A stretch of DNA of 64,000 bases from the NCBI GenBank assembly GCA_964016885.1, contig OZ024748.1, forward strand, positions 10,974,001-11,038,000. Reading direction: 5' to 3'. A program made the translations under genes and the position numbers. The first letter of the stretch is position 1; each line of letters begins with the position of its first letter. The notes under the pieces were generated by a model. It was not told the DNA's origin, did not search any database, and saw only the letters and a program-made list of their open reading frames with translations. Source of the stretch: Eledone cirrhosa. Taxonomy: Eukaryota. This document shows, in pieces, positions 54,371 through 64,000 of the stretch.

Positions 54371-57300
54371 AATCCACATTATGTAATACAGGACAGTTTA
54401 TTATGTCTGAATAAAAGACGGGATTGTGATGTCTAGAATACCTTTCTTTAATCCTATAGATCTGCTCGACCAGGGCTGACCCGGAGGGTGCTTGAATATA
54501 ACTGTGTTACTAATGTCCTTGTGAGCGACATCACATCCATCCATCTTCATTCTCTCATCCTTTTCTTCATCTTATTTGGAACTCGGACATATAGTTACGT
54601 CCCTTTACATTCTGAGTTCAAATCTCGCCTAGTTTATCGCTTTGCCTTTCATCTCCACGGGGTCGATTTAATCGACTTTCCCTAAATTCCCTGTTGGCCA
54701 TGTGCCTAAATCAGAAACCATTATTATGAGGTTCAAATCCCGCTGAGGTTAACTTTGCCTTTCATCCTTACGGGGTCGATAAAATAAAGTACCAGTAATG
54801 CACTGGGTAATTGCTGGCCTTGTGCCAAAAGTAGAAATAATTATTATTGGCAGTATCGGTAGAGTGTTGGTCAAAATGATTTGCGGTATTTCTACGTTCC
54901 GCGTTCAAATCCAGTCGTAGCCAATTTTGCTTTTCATCTTTCTGTCGTCGATAAAATAAAATACCAGTCAAATACTGGGGTCGATTTAATCGACTCCTCT
55001 TCCTTCTAAAAAAATTACTGGCTTTGTGCCTAAAGTGGAAATTATTATTTATTTATTTTTCGTGGAAACCTGAAATACTTCGGGCGTACACTTTGAGAAA
55101 CATTAATCTAGACAAACATATACCATTGTTTTATTTAGTATCGAGTTACATAGCGAAGGGTTAGGGTTCAACGACCATGTAAAGATACTCGTAACCATTT
55201 CTCGGTTATTTAAAGTGATGGTGTCGATAGGTGTGGCGGTGGTGTCTCTTGTTGAAACGGTGTCATTGACAATCTATTCCCGGCACCAGTTTATCAGAAT
55301 GACACAGATGTGATAGGTAAATAAATAATTAGTTCCTGACAACCCCTGATTGTCAAAACAGTTCACACAGCCGCAGTAAATGTTTGATGATGGAAGTAAA
55401 TCATATGAAGAAATAAATTCAGCGTGGACATTTATCATCAAAGAAAACAGTTATCTGATACACCGGTGTCTTAAATATACATATACATACGGTTGTGACA
55501 TCGGTTTAGGTAGGGACCCGAGAAAGCTACTGTTGCTCCCTACTTAGCTATTAATATTGGTCTGAGCTCGTAGTTTTAATGAGTAAGGAGGGCATTAAAA
55601 ATGTTTTGCTGTATCTATCCCTACTCGTTATGTTCTGAGTTCAAATCTCGCCGAGGTCATTTTTGCCTTTCATCTTATCCCCAGAGTCGTTAAAATATAG
55701 TACCAGTCAAATACTGGGTTGATTTAATTGACTTTCTTTCCTCCCCAAATTACTGGCTTTGTACCTAAATAAAAAAAATTGTTACTATTAAACATTCGTT
55801 ATTCGATTCTAAAAGACTTGACTAAAAGAAGTGATATGGCTTCGGTCTAAATGTGTTAAGTTACGTTCCTGTATGTTTTGGGTTCAAATTCTACTACTGT
55901 TGGGTTAGCCGTCTATCCCCTCGGGATAAAATTAGTTTCACTGGTATATAGAAGTTGATTTACTCAACTATATAACCCACTACTTTACAAATATATTGTC
56001 CTTATTACAGGAGCGAATTTAGCTTACTTGGGTTGGTCCCCTGGTACACAACATTACCGGATGAATCGGAGATGGTTGGAAGGCGTGTTTGAGGACTCTG
56101 CCCCCACAACACTCTCAGGAATAAGTGAGCGAAGAAGAAAAAGGGGCCCTGGCTGAACATTTCACCAGGGTCCTTACTTATTATTTATGGTAACAGAAAA
56201 ATTAATTAGGGGCTCTGGCTACAACTTAGTGCTCCCGCCACTGGCTATAAGTCAACAACAAACAAAACAAGCTTCGATCATTATTTAGTTCAAATAGAAA
56301 AGCGCCAATGCTGTGTTCTCGCTGGCAGTGGATATTGTACATGTATTTGTTATAACCGTTAAAGGTAACATCTCCATTTGTCATCAGTTTCTGGTTTAAG
56401 GGTCTTTTTCTATTAACGAGTCCACAGAGGGATGGTGAAAGGGTTTGTCGGGGCTACATTGTAAACGGCTCATTCCTTTGTCCCTTCAATGTAACCGATA
56501 GTGAGAGATGAAAGGTGGGGGAGAAAGACGGACTCAATACTTGCTAAAGTTAGTCTGCTCCAAGCCTAGTTTCATTGCGACTGAGATTACGAGACTTCTC
56601 TCTGGACAAGACGACAGTCCATCGCAAAGTTGACCCTCAGCTATTACTTGGCACCCATTTTCAGCTCAGTATACTTGGAGCAACGTGAAATGAAGTGTCT
56701 TGCTCAAGACCATAACACACAACCTGGTCAAGGAATCGAACCCACGACACCATGTCCAACACCCATCCCTAACCACTAGGCCACTTGACTCGTACTTTAT
56801 ACGTCGATTCGGACTTTAACGGGATATATACCACAAATCATTCTATGCGGAGTTGAAGGGTAACATTTATATAATAGTTGATGTCAGTCAGTTTTCAAGG
56901 TGTATATGTGTGTGTGTTCGTTTATCTTGACACACCCTTAGTGTTAAAAGTGTGATATGTATTGTTTGTTATAATACCAATGAAGGCGGCGAATTAACAG
57001 GGTCGTTAGTTCGTCGGTGAGACTGCTTTTTAGTATTCATTCCGGCTCTGCGCTCTGAGTTCAAAACCTGACTAAATCAATTAAAATAAGTACCAGTCTA
57101 ATCCAGCTTGTGTTTTATTCTTCCTCTCTATCTCTTAATCACATCTTTTCTATCTCTCGCCCCTTCCCTTCTCTTGGAAGAAACCAGCTGTGTTCAGACT
57201 CAGAGAGAGATGGGCTCCGCCAGGTTTAAAATGTCTAAAGGGCCACGTTCGACTCTACCAGGTGTTAAATGTTCACATACATACATACATTATTTATATC

Positions 57301-57495
57301 AATAGGTGTTTTGGTCAACTAATTTGAACGAAACTTTGGTTACGATTTATGCAATCCTATTTAACTTCCATATGGCAAACAGAGACAATCAGACGTATAT
57401 AATATAATGTAGTAGGTAAATAATTACTACTATTTTCATGTTAAATAGAGCATTGTTCTGTTTAACACAGGACTCAGTCATGGAAAAGTAGTTGC

Positions 57496-57552
<57 letters not shown>

Positions 57553-57654
57553 ATGTTTAATAAATGTATTCACTCTAATGAATACATTCTCTCTCTCTCT
57601 CTCTCATATATATATACACACACAATGTGTATATATATATACACACACAATGTG

Positions 57655-57690
<36 letters not shown>

Positions 57691-57737
57691 GTATATATAT
57701 ATACACACAATGTTTAATAAATGTATTCACTCTAATG

Positions 57738-57856
<119 letters not shown>

Positions 57857-58179
57857 ATGAAATACTGTGTGCTTCTTGCTCATAATCATTTCTATACTTT
57901 TCATTTATATATATATATATATATATATATAATCATCATATTATTGTTCTCCCGTGTTGACTTTTCGCACATATGTATAAAATGTTGACGAAATAACTCT
58001 CATATAACCCCCCCCCCCCCTCCCTCACTCGACCCTTGTATATATTTATTTATCAGGATATAACCAGTTTGAAACTAGTTAGGCCATTAGTCAACAGAGT
58101 ACTCGATACTTGGGATAATAGAGTATAGCTATATTATAAAGAGTCGGGAGCCGACGGTTCTTTTTTGTAATCTCTCTCC

Positions 58180-58215
<36 letters not shown>

Positions 58216-59893
58216 GTGTGTGTGTGTTTATAGAGGAGTCTCGGGTTCAGTTTTATTCCATGGGCCGTGTAGATATTTCATCTGTTGAGAGGTTAGTAAG
58301 GACTGTTACTGACTTTATGATTGATTTTGATGAATGGAGGTGAGGTGAATTAGAAGAATGAACTGATTACCCATAAACCGGTTTGTTCTCGGGGGTGGTG
58401 GTGGTATTATTCAAGACCTGAGAATGTGTAGCTAATGTTTTAACTCCAGCCATGACTATGCCATTTTTTTTGTGTGTATATCTTTTATATAAATATAATG
58501 TTGTGGTAAGAAACTCTCAGAGCTGGATAGCAGAAGGTGTTTCGAGAAGAACCTCCCTCTTCCCCCGAAACAGGTGTTTCAGAAATAAAGGGCCGAAACA
58601 CTTGCTTGAGGGGCCTTCTCTGAAGACCTTCAGCTGTCCTGAAACTTTCTTACCTTTATATTATCTTATAGAATATAATTTCATTTTCTAAAGATGGCAG
58701 AATGTGACTTGCTGCTATTTTTAGCAAAGTGAGGGACCGTATACAGACCTCCACGTAGGCTCGTTGTGGGTTTGTTCTTGTTTGGTTCCATTTTACTATT
58801 TTCTTTAAAGAAAAGGATGTGATTTGCTGCTATTTCTAGCAAGACAAGTGGCCATATACAGACCTAGCTGCGTGTATGTTGTTGTTTAGCCCTAGGCTAT
58901 CTTGACTATGATCAAAGACCGTGACCATCCCGTCTTTTTATAAGCATGACGAGGCCTAAATTATCTAATTTCTCCTGTCCCTTAGTTTAGATAATAATAG
59001 CTTGTAATTTGAGTGAGATTTGGCTGCTCGTTCTAGCTGGTCGAGAAACCGTTTATAGGGTTGCTCGTTCCGTGTATACATGTGTGTAGCTGTTAAATTT
59101 AAGGTTTTCGGATACTACAACTTTTGTTATGTTAAAATAAAGCAGTATTTCTTTAGATTTTAAAAATTTTTATATCAAAATATATCTTTCCGCTTGAATC
59201 AAATAATGTAGCAGAAAACAGACACATATATACACAGGGTGTCCCAAAAATGTATACACACTTCAACAGCATTCTGATAAATATTGCCTGTAGAGGTAAT
59301 CAAAGTGTGTATACATTTTTTTGGGACACCCTGTATAAATATATATATATATATATAAGAAGAAGGGATATTTAATTTGTTGGAAATACAACAAATATAA
59401 ATGTTTATAACTGATTCAGAGCACTCGACAGTTTTCTGGAGTAAATATTCAATGATAATAAGGTATGATTTCTTTGGCTATGTCAACATTTATAAAACAC
59501 TTTGTATTTTATCTGATGAAAGCGTACCAAAGTTTTTTGGTACCCTTGAAATATAATTGTTTCTATTTTTGGCACAAGGCCAGCAATTACACAGTGCATT
59601 ACTGGTACTTTATTTTATCAACCCCGTAAGGATGAAAGGCAAAGTTAACCTCGGTGGGATTTGAACTCATGAAATATAATAGAATAAATATGGTTTTATA
59701 AATATAGTTTCCATTTATTTATATCATTGTATATATATATACAATGATATAAATAAATGGAAACTATATTTATATATATATATATATAATTCTATTAGAA
59801 TCAGTATGTATGTTTACTTAGACATACACTATGCGTACACAGTGTATACTTGAGAAGATAAAAAGTCGAGTATTTTGAAAAAGGCGACACTAA

Positions 59894-59901
59894 CCGGAAG
59901 T
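59894..59901 (+). promoter_or_regulatory. ETS/GABP-type CCGGAAGT motif, candidate USP1 promoter
   Basis: Canonical housekeeping-promoter motif in unique sequence about 1.8 kb upstream of the USP1 coding exon; possible UTR donor gtaagt at 60285. Confidence 0.35.
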
Positions 59902-61743
59902 AACCTTTTGCTTGGTTGGTTTCTTCAGTGGCTTAACCTTTCACTTGCCTGGTTGGTTAAAGAGGTCAATGTTACCTAACTGTCACCACAAGCTGATAGA
60001 CAACACAGGTCGATACAATAAAATAGCAGTCAAGTACTGGCGGTAGATTTAATCGACTTCTTCTTAGGAAAAACTACTACAACAAAAAACTAATGAATGA
60101 CCTTGTGCTTAAATTTGAAATAATTCTTTTAGTGGTTTCAGTCGTTTGGCTGCGGTCATGCTGGAGTACCGCCTTTAGTCCGTTCCTAATAACAAAATTC
60201 AGTTGCTCTCGGGTCTTAAGGAATCGTCCACCCACCCCACCCCGCTTATTACTTTTGCTACTCTATCTCCGGTGAAATTTTATTGTAAGTGATTCAAATT
60301 GATACAGCAGCTGGAGAATCTAATAATAATTTTACGAATTACACTATACAATTACCGACACCGCCACCCCGCTTATACGAATTTAAGCTAATGTCCCCCT
60401 CCCCCCGACTCTAGTATTTGGGACCCGAGAATACTTTGTTCAACCACACACTATTGGTATCAGTTCTGTTCTCTAAGTATAAAACATTCCCCCCATTTTA
60501 TTCCTCTCACCGATAACAATCTGGGGTGAGAGTAATTGTAGCGAGGTTGAGGTGGGGGTATCCGTGGGGTTAAATTCATTCAAATAAAAGAAGGGTTTTT
60601 AGTTGTGAAAAGATTGGGATGCTAGTGGCTGATTTAATCGATCAAATCGATTCCCAGTATTTATTATTTCAAATCTAGTACTTATCGATCTGTTTTTTTT
60701 GTTGTTGTTTTTGTCGATTCTCTAAGTCTTTTAAAAATGTTATTCTGTGTTTTAACACTTTTGCTCCCATATTTCAAATGAATTGCACCGCCAATATGTT
60801 TCACTTAATTTTGAAAATAATAGGGTCGGACAACATGCTTTGCGGTATTGAGTTACGGCCCTTTACGTTCTAATCGACTTTTCCACCTCTCCAGGTTGCT
60901 GGCCTTGTGCCTATAGTAGAAATCATTATTAAGCTAGTGTGGATTGGCAGTATCTGTAGAGCATCGGACAACATGCTTTGACGCATAGAGTTACGGCCCT
61001 TTATGATCTGAGTTCAAATCCCGCCGAGGTTAACTTTGCCTTTCATCCTTAAGGGTCGATAAAATAAAGTACCAGTAATGTACTGGTTAATTGCTGGCCT
61101 TGTGCCTAAAGTAGAAACAATTATTAAGCTAGTGTGGATTGGTAGTATCTGTAGAGCATCAGACAACATGCTTTGCAGCATTGAGTTACGGCTCTTTACG
61201 TTCTGAGTACAAATTTCCACCAGGCTAGCTTTACGTTTCATCCTTGTGGAGTCGATAAAATAAAGTACCAGTAATCCACTGGGGACTATTTAATCGACTT
61301 TACTCTTCCCCCCAAATTGTTGGCCTTATGCCTAAATCAGAAACCATTATCATCATCATCATCATCATCATCATCAACGTTTAACGTCCGTGTTCCACGC
61401 TTGCATGGGTTTGGACGGGGGTAGTCCCACTTGAGGCAAGAGTGATTGTCTTGCTCGCATAGGACTGTCTGGCAGGTTTTCTACAGTTGGATGCCCTTCC
61501 TAACACCAACCACATTATATATAAATATATTGCATATGCCTTCATGTATATATGGTACATTGTAAATGTTATGTAGAATGAAGGTGTGAAGGTGTTACTT
61601 ATACACATTAGTATATATATATAGCATTATTATTATCAATGGGGGCCAGAGGGAAGGAACTCTTCAATATAATTCCTCAAATAAGGAAACTAAAACTACA
61701 TTTTTATTGTCTTCTATTTCTTTCTTTTCCTCTTAGGCTAAAC

Positions 61744-62039
61744 ATGAAAGGTCTTGAAAGTCCTGTGAAGAAGCGTGCTCGCTTGTCGTTAAAAAGACGA
61801 GAGCCAGCATCAGAGAAGACATCGGCGCCATTGTTGATGAGCCTCAGTGGTGGTAAAAGTAAAGTTTCCAATGACACTGCCAGTTGTCCTGCCACCTCAA
61901 CTACACTGTCCAATGTTGGTGGTGATAGTAATATCAACAATGTTGTTACTACAAACACTGCCCATGCTGTAGCTTCAATGGTCTCATCAATTACTCGACA
62001 CTCTACAACAACCAATTTTTCAGATGCTGAGAATTCTTG
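61744..62039 (+). CDS. USP1: USP1-like ubiquitin carboxyl-terminal hydrolase, first coding exon
   Basis: Acceptor ttttcctcttag at 61736, ATG at 61744; MKGLESPVKKRARLSLKRR resembles the USP1 N-terminal SPSKKNRLSLK motif; donor TG|gtaagt. Confidence 0.8.
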
Positions 62040-63306
62040 GTAAGTTTTTTTTGTTTTTATTTAAACAAAACAACAAAATCATTCATCTTCTGTCATTGGG
62101 AAAATTAGTAGAACATTGGACGACCAAATATAGTCGCAGTTAAGTACTGGAGTTTGATATAGTCAACATTCCCCTTCCTCCAAATTACTAACTTTGACCA
62201 GTATAAGAAAGAATTATTATTAATTTTTGAAGCCGTCATCTTGTAAGGTGGTTATCAAACATACACACGCACATAGCTTCATCAATACTCTATAACTTCA
62301 TCAATATCCCTTTGAATGATAGGGCTGAGGCTAGCTCCTAAGAGACCCCTCCCATGAGAAGCAGCCTCTTAGAAGGCCCACAAAACCTGCAGGTGTGAGC
62401 TGTACCAACAAAACATATTTCTATTCAGGCGTCTCTTTAATTAAGATGCATGGCTGTTTTCTTTTCTGTTGAGTAACCATGGTAAACCACAAACTATCTT
62501 CACAGTTACTACCATGAAGAAGTGAAGCCTTCTAACTATAACAGAAATAGTATAAAATATAATAAAAAATTATTCGTTCTTTCAACTGTTTTAATAGCAT
62601 GCCTACTTCCACTCTCTTCTTATCTAATTAGGGAAGTAGTTAATGAAATATTTCTGATTTTATAATTATGAGTCACCGAGAGAGAATTTTGATATTAATC
62701 TAAATTTTTAGAATTTATTTTTTTCACAAATTTTTTTTTGGTGGGGTTCTATTTTAAAGTCATGTTTGTTTATGTTAATAAAATAGGTAGGTTTCTGAAA
62801 ATGTGAATATTTGTGTATTTTGTTTGGGACCAGAACACTAAATGGGTAACACATTGAATTACATAGCCTTGTCATTTTAAAGTTATTTTTAATATAATTC
62901 AGAATTGGGAGGGATTTAATATAACTAAATTATTTCTCGGGTTAGCTTTGCCTTTCATCCTTACGGGGTTGATAAAATAAAGTACCAGTAATACACTGGG
63001 GTCGATTTAATCGACTTTTCCCTCCTCCAATTCTATGGGCATGTGGTTAGAATGTTTAAGAAAATAATCCAAAACCCAGGGTGTAGACCATGAGCTCAGG
63101 AGACGGTTACTTTGGACAGGACCTCCTGGAAGGAATTTTTTTAGGTCTCTTCCTCCATGGCTCCTCTCAGGAATAAGTTGGGGAAGGAGTAGATGGCAGG
63201 GGTGTGATTTGAGGGAAATTTGACTGCTATTTCTAGCAAGAACCAAATGTTTGTTTGTTTGTTGTTATATGTTAAATCTGTAGAAATATGGTTCTGTTTG
63301 TTGCAG

Positions 63307-63422
63307 GGAACCAAGCAGAAGTAAAGTGAATTCTACTGGAGATGTTGGCAATGATGTCATCAGTATTAACTCTGATGATGTTTATGAGTCAATGCCTATA
63401 GTGGCAGCACTAGAGAACTTAG
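63307..63422 (+). CDS. USP1: USP1-like coding exon 2, ending in the start of the Cys box (MPIVAALENL)
   Basis: Acceptor tttgttgcag, phase 2/1, donor G|gtaact; leads into the USP catalytic Cys box. Confidence 0.85.
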
Positions 63423-63845
63423 GTAACTATTACATGTTGATTCTTATCATATTTTACACCTGTACAGGCACAGCACACACCACAGCACAGATTTTCAACA
63501 ATCAGATTTAAATTCAAACGACCTTTTGTTAAATTACTTTATACTGAGATAATTTTTCATTGAATAATTTTGTAAATATATTTTCATGAAATGACTTTTT
63601 ATGAAAACTAGATGAGGGCGTTGTCTTCTCCCTCTTTATGTCACTCTCTCTCTCTCTCTAAACAAATGACTCACTTTTCCTCTCTATATATGTACATCTC
63701 TTTCGCTTGGCGCTCTTTCCTTCTCTATATAAATGAGGGTGATGTAACTTTCATTACACACACACACTGTATGTAAACTTCCCCCTTTGTATTTGTCCCC
63801 TTCTTTTGTGCCCCTGTGGCTAATAAAGAAATATATCTATCTATC

Positions 63846-63878
<33 letters not shown>

Positions 63879-63884
63879 TTCCAG

Positions 63885-64000
63885 ATAATACTTGCTTCCT
63901 AAACAGTGTACTACAGATTCTGAGGTACACACCTTGCTTTGTTGATGGTCTCAATGAGTTATGTTACAAAGTAGCTAAACATACGAGATCCTTCGCTAAT
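63885..64000 (+). CDS. USP1: USP1-like coding exon 3 (partial), catalytic Cys box NTCFLNSVLQILRYTPCF
   Basis: Acceptor tatttccag; matches USP1 NTCYLNSILQVLYFCPGF; truncated by the window end. Confidence 0.88.

Noticed and set aside
63423-63511. Read-through LGNYYM... restoring Gly-Asn in USP1
   Set aside because: Intron sequence lacking the catalytic Cys motif and ending in a stop; the true Cys box continues at 63885.

Overview
AT-rich, intron-containing animal genomic DNA dense in (TA)n/(CA)n/(GA)n microsatellites, tRNA-derived SINEs, RTE LINE fragments and MITEs. The repeat landscape suggests a coleoid cephalopod such as Octopus (inference, not verified). Three protein-coding genes can be reconstructed by hand from splice sites and frame continuity: an AF9/ENL (MLLT3/MLLT1) YEATS-domain gene on the minus strand (5 coding exons, 325-23882, about 838 aa), a complete COQ7/clk-1 gene on the plus strand (6 coding exons, 36293-39123, 201 aa), and the 5' part of a USP1-like deubiquitinase (from 61744, running off the window). 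Nearly all other ORFs in the supplied track are microsatellite, SINE or antisense shadows. The most notable hidden signal is a set of minimal type I hammerhead-ribozyme motifs (stem I - CUGAUGA - stem II - GAAA - short stem III - UH - stem I). Several sit beside (TA)n tracts. They include an inverted twin pair in a ~330 bp palindrome, a convergent pair, a sense-strand intronic copy in AF9/ENL, and a copy interrupted by a SINE at its cleavage site, consistent with Penelope-like or retrozyme-like non-autonomous elements. Also notable: the USP1 Cys-box reads NLDNTC instead of NLGNTC across a splice junction, and a 21-bp minisatellite appears to be built from a SINE Pol III A-box. There is a 200-N assembly gap at 53557-53756. 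All alignments and folds were done by eye.
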